Assembly (NCBI RefSeq): GCF_006345805.1
Contig: NC_043025.1
Coordinates: 8,742,001-8,806,000 of the forward strand
DNA length: 64,000 nucleotides
Direction of reading: 5' to 3'
Source of the DNA: Octopus sinensis
Taxonomy: Eukaryota
Every line of letters starts with the position of its first letter. Position 1 is the first letter of the stretch. Shown here piece by piece: positions 1 to 11,214 of this stretch. The notes under the pieces are model-generated. The model saw nothing but the letters and a program-made list of their open reading frames with translations, did no database searches and had not been told where the DNA came from. A program made the position numbers and the translations under genes.

Positions 1-376
1 GCTTTCCGTTAGTGTCGTAATCTAGGTGCCCCCAATTAGTGGCGGTCTAATTCCGTATCAGCCCTTCTACCCTTGGCCCAGCAAGGGAGGGAGAGCTTTG
101 TTTATAGAAACCCCAGAAGCAGGACCGTCTTAGCAACATTGTTAGGCCCCGGAGAAATCAATGCACGAGGTTTGTAGTATTTACTTATTGACAGTAAAAC
201 CACAGCATACTTAGATCAGAACAGGGGCCCCCTAGAGCTATGAGGGCCCGAGGCTATTACTCTGTGTACCCATGATTTAAGACAGCATTGCCCAGAAGAA
301 AAGTTAAACTCGGAATATAGAGCAGGAGCAAATACGGTCGGGTTACACACACCAAACCACAAATATTTATCTGTGC

Positions 377-425
<49 letters not shown>

Positions 426-530
426 TATACATACATACACACATATAGCCGTTTAGTAGTACGAACAGGATAAGAAAACTTATATTTCTTTTTTTATTCG
501 TTGAAACATATATATATGTGTGTATATATA

Positions 531-565
<35 letters not shown>

Positions 566-775
566 CAAAGTAAGATAGGGGTTATGAGGGTAACCCACTA
601 TGGGATATCAGTTATCCAATATACTGGTGGTGAAGTATCCAAATACTAAATGCTTATAATTGCAATGCAATTAATTCATTTATTGTATTGAATGGGTGAA
701 GGTAAAAAATATAAATAATATATATATATAAATCCTTAAAAATGTTTTAGCCCGAAGGCCGCGGCTATGCTGGGG

Positions 776-827
<52 letters not shown>

Positions 828-1110
828 GAGTTTCAAGTGTGTTGAAATTGATTATAGCCAAATGGGATGTCGATGAAAAGAATCATAACATTGAAGAATG
901 ACAAGGCAAGCATTTCCTCTTAGCATGGGACTTCTAAAACGAAAACCAGGCGCGAATAAACCTAACGAAATCACGAAATTTACGATGTGCTAACGAAATA
1001 AAGCTAACATTTAAACAATTATTATCGGAGTTTTAAAATGAGAAACATCCATCATTCTTTGGGGTTTTTTTTTTTAAGTAGTTGATTGTAATAAAGCTAA
1101 TAAAACCTAC

Positions 1111-1237
1111 CAATGGTTTCAAAGCCCTTTTTTAAAGAAAACATGCGACCCCAAATCTTGGGTTCCATCTCATCGTCAACATCATCGCCGTCCGACATAA
1201 CAAATTCAGGAATTTCTTGGGTGGCTAGAGTCGCCAT
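1111..1237 (-). CDS. CHEK2: First coding exon of a checkpoint kinase 2 (Chk2)-like gene; the gene continues off the left edge
   Basis: ATG at 1237 gives MATLATQEIPEFVMSDGDDVDDEMEPKIWGRMFSLKKGFETI followed by a phase-1 donor G|GTAGGT (1110-1105). TQE site, acidic tract and WGRMFSLKKGF mirror Chk2 STQEL...PWARLWALQDGF at the start of the FHA domain (recognised from memory, no search run). Confidence 0.7.
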
Positions 1238-1554
1238 GCTTGCCAAGTGCGAGGTGCGAGTCGCAGTGGCAGGCAGGCAATGTGTGGTGGTAGCAGTATG
1301 TATAGCAGATAGAGAGGGAAACACTAAATTGATAAAATTAATTAGTTGGGCAAACTATCTCCTTTTGGTGGCCGATCAATGATTTCTGAGCGATATTGGT
1401 GGACAAACTGGGTAGATTGGCTGTATACATGCTACCCATCATACATTAGGCCTCTGACTCACTAACGTAGAGTTTCAACGAATAAAAAAAGAAATATTTA
1501 TTCTAATTTATGTATTAAGTTTTCTTATCCTGTTCGGACTACTAAACGGCTATA

Positions 1555-1602
<48 letters not shown>

Positions 1603-1631
1603 AATATATATAAGTATATATATATATATAA

Positions 1632-1690
<59 letters not shown>

Positions 1691-1730
1691 TATATAAGTA
1701 TATATATATATATTATATATATATATATAA

Positions 1731-1781
<51 letters not shown>

Positions 1782-2501
1782 ATATATATATAAGTATATA
1801 TATATATATTATATATATATATAATATATATATGTATATATATATGTATATATATTTCTTTACTACCCACAAGGGGCATGCCGGTGTGTTACGTCCCCGT
1901 CACTTAGCGGTTCGGCAAAAGTGACCGATAGAATAAGTACTGGGCTTACAAAGAATAAGTACCGGAGTCGATTTGCTCGACTAAAGGCGGTGCTCCAGCA
2001 TGGCCGCAGTCAAATGACTGAAACAAATAAAAGAGTAAAGAGTATATATATATATATATGTATACATACATATATATGTATACATACATATATATGCATA
2101 TATATATGTATACATACATATATATGTATATATATATGTATACATACATATATGTGTATATATACATATATGTATATATATGTGTGTGTGGAGGCGCAAT
2201 GGCCAGTGGTTAGGGCACCGGACTCGCGGTCGTAGGATCGCGGTTTCGATTCCCATATCGGGCGTTGTGAGTCTTTATGAGCGAAAACACCTAAAGCTCC
2301 ACGGGGCTCCGGCAGGGGTGGTGGCGATGCCTGCTCTACTCTTTCGTCACAACTTTCTCTCACTCTTTCTTCTGTTGGCCTGCTTGCTCAGCCAGCGGGG
2401 TGGGGTGGCGTCATTTGAAGGCTAAAACAATGCGAAGCGCATTGTGACCAGCGATGCGTAGCAACATCTGATAGCCTGGTCGGTAACGATGATATATATA
2501 T

Positions 2502-2919
2502 GGATCTTTTTGGTTTGAACGGCAGATTTTTAAAATAATTTCCACGTAATTAAACACTTTTAAACTTCGTATACTGGTAGAATGTGTTTATAAAACATCT
2601 TTTTCTCTTGGCTTTATTGAGAAAATTCTATAATTTGTAAGATATTTGTTGTTTTTTTTCTTCAATTTCTGCAATTTCAACCAATCAATGACGTCTATTG
2701 AGGTGAAAAACATTCTGTGCCGTATGAATATGTCCCTTGTTTAAGAAACAGATTGGGTTTATTTACATTTGTGAAGAAAAAAAGATACCCTTCCCCCCAC
2801 CCCTAACCCTAACCCTAAAACATATTGAAATGCAATAGATCGATACTAGGGTCATAATTATGGGTGACAATTTCATATGACACCGCTACAAAAAACTGCC
2901 GTTCAAACCGAAAAGATCC
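2502..2919. mobile_element. Non-autonomous DNA transposon (MITE) with TIR GGATCTTTTCGGTTTGAACGGCAG and internal (CCCTAA)n; other copies 17072-17489, 25348-25780, 25934-26210 (partial), 27974-28379, 45007-45426; ends at 14756-14791, 20271-20339; variant 3379-3830
   Basis: Terminal inverted repeats and near-identical internal sequence in all copies; superfamily not assignable. Confidence 0.85.
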
Positions 2920-3864
2920 ATAGGTTGTATATATAATGTGTATGTGTGTGTGTATGTGTTAAGTAGCTAGTTTACCAACCACATGGTTCTGGGTTCAGTC
3001 CCACTGCGCAGCAACTTGGGCAAGTGTCTTCTACTATAGCCACGATCTGACCGAAGCCTTGTGAGTGGATTTGGTAGATGGAAACTGAAAGAAGCCTGTA
3101 GTATGTGTGTGTGTGTGTTTGTCCCCCAACCATAGCTTAACTTGTGTTGGTGTGTTTACATCCACGTAACTTAGCGGTTTGACAAAAAGGACCGATGTAA
3201 TAAGTACCAGGATTTTTGAAAAAATTGATACTGGGGCGATACATATGACAAAAAATTCTTCAAAGCAGTGCCGCAGTCTAACAAAAGAGGTATAGAGGAA
3301 AAAAATGTGTGTGAAGGCTTGTTGCCTAGTTGATAGGGTGCTGAGCTCACGATTGTGAGACCGTGGTTTCAATTCCCGGATCTTTTCCGTTTGAACGGCA
3401 GATGTCAACACAATTTCTAGTTAACTAAACACTTTTAAACTTCGTATACTGGTAGAATGTGTTTATAAAACATCATTTTCTCTTGGTTTTATTGAGAAAA
3501 TTCTATAGTTTGTAAGATATTTCGTCTGAAAATCCGAGCATTTCAGCAATTTTATCCAATTTTAACCTCCATTCAACTAAAATCATTTGCTGCGTCTTAA
3601 ACTGAGAAACATCCTGTAACTAACCCTAAACTTCCCCCCTAACCCTAATCCTAAATTTTTTTTTCTTAATTGTTAAATTAATTTAATTCCATTGCTTTAG
3701 TTTTTTTTTACACGCGTAACAATTAAGTTACAGGATATTGTCTCAGTTTTAGACGCAGCAAATGATTTTAGCTCAAAAGAGAGCATAGGATTGGTTAAAA
3801 TTCGAAAAATTAAACTACGTTAAACAAACAAATTACAATTTTCTCAAGAAAGCCAACATACAAA

Positions 3865-4290
3865 GGCGGCGAGCTGGCAGAATCGTTAGCACAACGGGCG
3901 AAATGCTTAGCGGTTTTTCGTCTGCCGTTACATTCTGAGTTCAAATTTCGCCGAGGTCGACTTTGCCTTTCATCTTTTCAGGGTTGATTAAATAAGTACC
4001 AGTTACACACTGGGGTCGATATAATCGACTTAATCCGTTTGTCTGTCCTTGTTTGTCCCCTCTATGTTTAGCCCCTTGTGGGTAGTAAAGAAATAAGAAA
4101 CGTTAACACGCTGGGCGAAATGCTTAGCAGTATTTTGTCTGTCTTTACGTTCTGAGTTCGAATTCCGCCGAAGTCGACTTTGCCTTCCATCCTTTCGGAG
4201 GTCGATAAATTAAGTACCAGTTGCGTACTGGGGTCGATCAAATCGACTGGCCCCCTCGCCAAAAATTTTGGGCCTTGTGCCTAGAGTAGA
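3865..4290 (+). mobile_element. tRNA-derived SINE family 2, tandem pair; also 24160-24540 (pair) and 33708-33790
   Basis: GGCGGCGAGCTGGCAGAATCG head, GAGTTCAAAT B box, conserved GAGGTCGACTTTGCCTTTCATCC central block. Confidence 0.85.
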
Positions 4291-4477
4291 AAGAACTATA
4301 ACAACATACAATAGTCTGGTGGATATGTGTGTTTGTGTATGCAGTCACAAGGAAGGGCACAAGGCCTGAAGGGAATACAATTCTGAAAGTAGAATTGAAA
4401 ATTTACCCTTATTTTTTTTTTTAATCCTGGTACTCACACACCACCACCAGTGGGGAACAAACACAGACATATAGACA

Positions 4478-4944
4478 TCATCATCATCATTGTTCGACCG
4501 TGGTCGAGACAATGGAATTTACCATGTTGCGCCAGACTTCACGGTCCATCATAGCATTACGGAGGTCCTGTTGCTGGATGCCTGTATCCCTGGAGATTAC
4601 ATCAGGGTAGGAGAGTGTGCGCCCTCTGGTATTGCGAGCAGATGGCTTCCAGAGGAGAAGAGTAGAAATTACCTCGTTTTCAGCTCTACAACAATGTCCA
4701 GCAAACTGGACTCTCCTACCTTTCACAAGAGATGACACAGGTGGTAATTTCCCATATATTTGCATTTTAGTTGGATGGCACCTCCACGAGAGATTTTGAG
4801 CTCTCATAAGGAGGCGAGTGTAGGTTCCATCCAACCGCCTCTCAAGCTTCTTTGATAACGTCCAGGTTTCTGAGCCATATAGTAGGATTGGTTCGACTGT
4901 GGCTTTGAATATTTCAAGTTTGAAGTCTCTACTTAGATTTGATG
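4478..4944 (-). mobile_element. RTE-clade LINE, 3' fragment of ORF2
   Basis: KLEIFKATVEPILLYGSETWTLSKKLERRLDGTYTRLL...GRRVQFAGHCCR...RGRTLSYPDVI..DTG; (GAT)n-like tail. Confidence 0.85.
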
Positions 4945-5260
4945 ACACACACATATAGACACACACACACACACATTATTTAGAAGGGTGCATGTCCTTT
5001 CTTGAAGGGGACACGTGCCGATCAGCCTCCCCCATTGGGTCCACCCATGTGTATGTATATGCGTGTGTATGTGTACATGAAAACTGAAAAAATAGTGCAC
5101 CTCTTTTCTCTAGCACAGCTAAAGTGTGTACCCGCCAGGGGGCTTCCATTTGCTGCCGTTGGACGCAAAATTTTTTTCCCACGAGAGTTCAGGACCCTAG
5201 TTATGAACTTATTTGCATACAGCCAATCAGAGCTCAACTATCAAACTAATTTATAAGCAC

Positions 5261-5691
5261 ACTAGCAGCATAGCCCAGCGTTTCCTGGGTATGTAAGAGC
5301 CCCTAGTAGGCAACGACTAATCCCAATCTAGTCCTTTCCCTCTAGGGAATGAAGGCGCATGTGTAGGTTGCAATGTCTTCTCTTCACTCAAATACTTCTG
5401 TGTATACGATGTTCCTAGCTGTCCCTAGCTGTCGAGTTGTGTCCCCTAGACAGAAAATGTGTTGCATATAAAAAGCTTAGATTCTCGACCCCATGTCGAA
5501 TTTATCGATTTTTTTCAGAACTGGGGGAACTTTTCAAAATTTTCGCTGCGTTACTTTTGAATTATGGCATTGTGCTATGTGTGTGTCAAGTTTCATCAGA
5601 ATCAGTTGAAAGCCGTGGTCAGGGTGAGGGTACAACCTAACAGACACACAGAAACACGCACAGACAAACTGCCGTTTATATAGAGAGAGAT
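5261..5691 (+). mobile_element. Helentron-associated (HINE/DINE-1-like) non-autonomous element
   Basis: Starts ACTAGCAGCATAGCCCAGCG, ends with AAGTTTCATCAGAATC...(ACAG)-type microsatellite and TTTATATAGAG, the layout typical of HINEs; family call is inference. Confidence 0.4.
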
Positions 5692-5993
5692 TAAATATAA
5701 CTTTCGGCATTAATATTAAAAATTCTAATTTTCAGAGCTGTTCCAAACTTTAGCTCATAAATGGCCATGGGATTGCACTTAGAAACCCTCTTACTCTTTT
5801 ACTTGTTTCAGTCATTTGACTGCGGCCATGCTGGAGCAACGCCTTTAATCGAGCAAATTGACCCTGGGACTTATTCTCTGTAAGCTCAGTACTTATTCTA
5901 TCGGTCTCTTTTGCCGAACCACTAAGTGACGGGGACGTAAACACACCAGCATCGGGTGTCAAGCAATGCTAGGGGGCAAACACAGACACACAA

Positions 5994-6067
<74 letters not shown>

Positions 6068-6269
6068 CATATATATAATTGAATAGTTGAATGAATTATC
6101 TTATTATGGATAATTCAGTTAACCGATACCCGGGTAGCAAATTCACGTCAGAAAACACGGTTGAAGCTACATGCCAAGGGCAGAGATCATGTGCTTTCGT
6201 GTGGAAATTTGTGTGTTTTTTTTACTATAAATAAATGAAAGAATGGAGTCGAACGACGATTTAACAAAA

Positions 6270-6368
6270 TTCCTTTATTCTCGACATATGTTTCGAAGAC
6301 TGCATATTCCTAATTCCGAAGGAATAAAGGGTGCATTATACCGCCTTCTCATCAGGAAAGACAAGGAA
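6270..6368 (-). ncRNA. Dispersed type I hammerhead with extended stems
   Basis: UUCCUU GUC UUUC CUGAUGA GAAGGC...GUCUUC GAAA CAUAUG UC/GAGA AUA AAGGAA; GUC triplet, palindromic stem III, stem I with 3x3 internal loop, extra UGCA and AUUCCU:AGGAAU helices inside stem II. Confidence 0.8.
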
Positions 6369-6436
6369 CTTATGTCAGCATCATGACGAACAAAAACTTT
6401 GAGATGACTGCCCACACGGAGTCCATATACATATAT

Positions 6437-6795
6437 ACGACAGGCTTCTTTCAGTTTCCGTCTACCAAATCCACTCACAAGGCTTTGGTCGGCCCGAGGC
6501 TATTGTTAGAAGACACTACTTGCCCAAGGTGCCATGCAGTGGGACTGAACCCGGAACCATGTGATTGGTAAGCAAGCTACTTACCACACAACCACTCCTG
6601 TGCCTATTTATATATATATATATATATATATATGATGGGCTTCTTTCAGTTTCCGTCTACCAAATCCACTCACAAGGATTTGGTCGGCCCGAGGCTATAG
6701 TAGAAGACACTTGCCCAAGGTGCCACACAGTGGGACTGAACCCGGAACCATGTGGTTGGTAAGCAAGCTACTTACCACACAACCACTCCTGTGCC

Positions 6796-6834
<39 letters not shown>

Positions 6835-7020
6835 CATACGATGGGCATCTTTCAGTTTCCGTCTACCAAATCCACTCACAAGGCTTTGGTCGTCCCGAGG
6901 CTATTGTTAGAAGACACTACTTGCCCAAGGTGCCATGCAATGGGACTGAACCCGGAACCATGTGGTTGGTAAGTAAGCTACTTACCACACAACCACTCCT
7001 GTGCCTATTTATATATATAT

Positions 7021-7062
<42 letters not shown>

Positions 7063-7225
7063 AGACTTCTTTCAGTTTCCGTCTACCAATCCACTTACAA
7101 GGCTTTGGTTGGCCTGAGGCTATAGTTAGAAGATACTACTTGCCCAAGGTGCCACGCAGTGGGACTGAACCCGGAACCATGTGGTTGGTAAGCAAGCTAC
7201 TTACCACACAGCCACTCCTATGCAT
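6437..7225 (-). repeat. Four tandem copies of the SINE family 3 head, each separated by (TA)n
   Basis: Units ~6444-6605, 6638-6797, 6843-7007, 7064-7222. Confidence 0.9.
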
Positions 7226-7239
7226 ATATATATATATAT

Positions 7240-7399
7240 CATGGGAAAGTTTACGAAAATAAGCAAAAGACGAAGGCAGGTGGAGTACAAACAAACAAAT
7301 GTATTAGTATAACGCTCAGGAATAGAAATAGAACAAGTCTTTTACGTTTCGAGCCTACACTCTTCTACAGAAAGGGACACAGAAAAAAACAAGGAGAGA

Positions 7400-7468
<69 letters not shown>

Positions 7469-7635
7469 CGGCAAGGTTTACGAAAATAAACAAAAGACGA
7501 AGGCAGGTGGAGTACAAACAAACAATTGTATTAGTATGGCGCTCAGGAATAGAAATAGAACAAGTCTTTTACGTTTCGAGTCTACGCTCTTCAACAGAAA
7601 GATACACAGAAAAGAAACACGGAGAGAAAAAAAAT
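7240..7635 (-). repeat. Two copies of a dispersed repeat carrying a hammerhead-like variant motif; further copies at 14010-14215 (+) and 34630-34800
   Basis: Shared ACGAAAATAA...GAAAAGTCTTTTACGTTTCGAG(C/T)CTACGCTCTTC(T/A)ACAGAAAG block in all copies. Confidence 0.7.
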
Positions 7636-8079
7636 GCATGTAGAAGCTAACGATCTATCGTTATCATGATTGTGTAATGTCCATTTTCCATGCTGGTATG
7701 AGTTGGATTGTTTGAGAGGAGCTGCCCAGGATCCAGTTGTCTCTGTTTTGGAATGATTTCTATGGCTTGATGCCCTTCCTAATGCCAAACACTTTACAGA
7801 GTGTATTGGGTGCTTTTTACATGGCCCTGGCACTCACAGGCCAGCAAGATTAGGAATGCTCATCTGAAGAGGGTTGCAGGGGACACATGGCCTGTATGCA
7901 AGGACAACCACATATTTACTTAGCTTGATGTGTCTTCTCAAACCCAGCAAACTACCTGAAGCATCAGTCCTCTTTTGCCATCCTCTCTGTGAGTCTCAAC
8001 ATCTTCATCCCATGTCTTCTTGGATTTACCCCTTTCACACATTCCTTCTACAATTAGATCTCAGCACTTCCTGGTGTGT

Positions 8080-8661
8080 GGAGGCACATGGCCTAGTGGT
8101 TAGAGCAGCTGACTCGCGGTCGAAGGATCGCAGGTTCGAATCTCAGACCGGGCGATGTGTGTGTTTATGAGCGAAACACCTAAGCTCCACGCGGCTCCGG
8201 CAGAAGGTAATGGCGAAACGTCTGCTGACTCTTTTGCCACAACTTTCTCTCACTCTTTCCTCCTGCATCTTGCAGCTCACCTGCGATGGACCGGTGTCCT
8301 GTCCAGGTGGGGAACCTATACGCCAAGGAAACCGGGAAACCGGCCCTTATGAGCCAGGCAGGGCTCGAGAAGGAACAAACAAACAACAGTGGACATGCGG
8401 TCAAGGGATCACGGGTTCAAATCTCAGACCGGGCGATGTGTGTGTTTATGAGCGAAACACCTAAGCTCCACGCGGCTCCGGCAGAAGGTAATGGCGAACT
8501 TCAGCTGACTCTTTCGCCACAACTTTCTCTCACTCTTTCCTCTTGCATCTTGCAGCTCACCTGCGACGGACCAGCATCCCGTCCAGGTGGGGAACCTATA
8601 CGCCAAGGAAACCGGGAAACTGGCCCTTATGAACCAGGCATGGCCCGAGAAGGAACAAACT
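8080..8661 (+). mobile_element. tRNA-derived SINE, two tandem copies; full copies also 56211-56514 (+), 59671-59969 (-); related subfamily 2190-2490, 22248-22560, 48740-48935
   Basis: A box TGGCCTAGTGGTTAG, B box GGTTCGAATC, conserved body, (AAC)n tail. Confidence 0.85.
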
Positions 8662-9114
8662 TCTTGATGCAACTGTCTTTATTCACACACATCATCGTTG
8701 TCATGGTCATCTAAAGTCAGTTTTCCATGCTGGCAGAGGCTGGAGAGTTGGACAGGAGCTGACCAGTCAGAAAGCTGTTCAGGTTCCAATTGTCTGTTTT
8801 CATTCAGTTTCTATGGTTGGATGTCCTTCATAATGCCAACCATTTTATAAAATGTGCTGGATACCTTTCGTGTACCACTGGCACAGGTGCATTTACCAAC
8901 ACAAGCACATCATGTGTGGCACTGGCAAGAGTGCATTTGACTTGGCACTGGAACTTGCAAGACAAAGACCTCTCAGCTGGGAGAGAAAGTGGAGGTTTGG
9001 CCATAGAGGCCACACATGTATGATGTGGTATCAAAAAGTGCCCAGATTAGTTCTGCAGCACACCAACAGATAGCAGCACACAGTTGCATGTGCAGTGAGA
9101 GCTAGCAGTGACCT

Positions 9115-9496
9115 ACATGGGGCAGTGTGCCTCGTGACATTGCTGTGTTTACTTCGCAAGTTGTGAAATTTGTGTTTTTGTGATCACATCGAAAGAGCTG
9201 TTCTTCACTCCTGCTCCAGAGCGTCGGTTGCGGGGTCACTCCGAAAAGCTCTATCTGCAACGATTTCATCTCAATCAAAGGAGAGGGGCTTTCTCCGTCC
9301 AGATTGCGGATCCGTGGAATAAGCTGCCAGACGAGATGGTGAAGATGCCGACGACTGCTCGGTTCAAAGTCTCTCTTGACCAGAAATGGCCTGGACTCTT
9401 TGCATGAACACCCTCCCTGTACATAACTCCATGTCACCCTACATGGCCTTGCTTTTTGCATTTTGAGCCAAAAAATTAACTAACTAACTAACTAAC
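9115..9496 (+). mobile_element. CR1-clade LINE 3' end
   Basis: RLRGHSEKL...RRGAFSVQIADPWNKLP...FKVSLD; (TAAC)n tail at 9477-9496. Confidence 0.8.
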
Positions 9497-9926
9497 ATGT
9501 ATGATGGGTCTGTGATTTTTGTCACAGGTTGGCTTTCGAGACCCTCAAGTTCTCTCTGTGTTGTAGTCTTTCCTGAATCAAGGGATTAGCTTCCAAGACT
9601 CGCCAGTTCCCTCTGCGCAATACTGCACACATACAGTCAACCAGGTATTTGCTTCAGTTCATTCTTTGATGTCATCCAGGTATTTGCTTCAGTTCATTCT
9701 TTGATGTCATCCCACCACAAACTTCTTTCACAGTCTCTCATTCTTTTATCCCCAACACTTGCTGGTCAGGATGTTACCTTCTAGGCTCCATCAAACACAA
9801 AGTAAGAACTTTTGTGGATGGTGTTCACTTTTTTGTTTTCTGTTGTGATGCAAAACCCATTTTTGAACACCTGTAACAAAGCGCTGCAGAAATGACAGGC
9901 TGCTATTCCTGGTCAGAAGACTGCAA

Positions 9927-10728
9927 CAGATGGTGGACTGCTGTGCTCTGTTCCCATACATTAGCTCATGTGGCAGATGGTGGACTGTTGTGCTCCGTTC
10001 CCATGCATTAGCTCATGTGGCAGATGGTGGACTGTTGTGCTCTGTTCCCATACATTAGCTCATGTGGCAGATGGTTGACTGTTGTGCTCCGTTCCCATGC
10101 ATTAGCTCATGTGGCAGATGGTGGACTGTTGTGCTCCGTTCCCATGCATTAGCTCATGTGGCAGATGGTGGACTGTTGTGCTCAGTTCCCATGGATTAGC
10201 TCATGTGGCAGATTGTGGACTGTTGTGCTCCGTTCCCATGCATTAGCTCATGTGGCAGATGGTGGACTGTTTTGCTCCGTTCCCATGCATTAGCTCATGT
10301 GGCAGATGGTGGACTGTTTTGCTCCGTTCCCATGCATTAGCTCATGTGGCAGATGGTGGACTGTTGTGCTCAGTTCCCATGCATTAGCTCATATGGCAGA
10401 TGGTGGACTGTTGTGCTCCGTTCCCATGCATTAGTTCATGTGGCAGATGGTGGACTGTTGTGCTCCGTTCCCATGGATTAGCTCATGTGGCAGATTGTGG
10501 ACTGTTGTGCTCCGTTCCCATGCATTAGCTCATGTGGCAGATGGTGGACTGTTTTGCTCCGTTCCCATGCATTAGCTCATGTGGCAGATGGTGGACTGTT
10601 TTGCTCCGTTCCCATGCATTAGCTCATGTGGCAGATGGTGGACTGTTGTGCTCAGTTCCCATGCATTAGCTCATATGGCAGATGGTGGACTGTTGTGCTC
10701 CGTTCCCATGCATTAGCTCATGTGGCAG
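9927..10728. repeat. 47-bp minisatellite, ~17 units
   Basis: Unit TGGCAGATGGTGGACTGTTGTGCTCCGTTCCCATGCATTAGCTCATG. Confidence 0.95.
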
Positions 10729-11214
10729 TGTCTTAGAAGTGTTTCCACCAACTTGTGGTCTGCTAAAGTGGTAACCATCTCCTCCATTAACAAAAAGCTA
10801 GGGACATAGAAAAGCCTCATATTCTCAATGGGTTTCATTTATGAATCTGATGCTACTGTCACAATCACAATATTTCGAAACAATATCTCGTTTGCCACAT
10901 TCATCCCCAGCCATAACTGACACTTCTTTACACTCAAGAACATTACATTGATGGAAATGCACCCCAAAAGTTCAAGTACATTTGAAAGCAAACTAAAAGC
11001 TTCTGACAAGAATTTTTTTCCTGAAGTATTGCCTCTGACTTTGCACAATTCACTAATGCTTTGTACAGCTCACTAATGCCAACCAATTCAACATTACCAC
11101 CAAATGTTTCCCCCCAACTCATGTACCTTTGATTTCTTTGCTTAGTGCAGTCAAGAATAAAAGAATAAAAAAACCTCCAATTATTGCAGATGTGCTGTAT
11201 GCCTTCCTCTCAGA

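Noticed and set aside
120-290. hAT-like MITE with CAGGACCGTCTTA end
   Set aside because: Terminal repeats too degenerate and no TSD identifiable by eye.
1113-1382. + strand 89-aa ORF overlapping the CHEK2-like exon
   Set aside because: Antisense shadow frame with no recognisable motif.
1995-2042. SINE tail GCAGTCAAATGACTGAAACAAGTA as a hammerhead (stem II, GAAA, GUA)
   Set aside because: No CUGANGA and no stem I upstream in any copy.
8080-8155. tRNA gene from A/B boxes
   Set aside because: Cloverleaf is degenerate and continues into a multi-copy SINE body.
9927-10728. Regular 47-bp repeats as a CRISPR array
   Set aside because: No unique spacers, contiguous tandem units, eukaryotic context, no cas genes.
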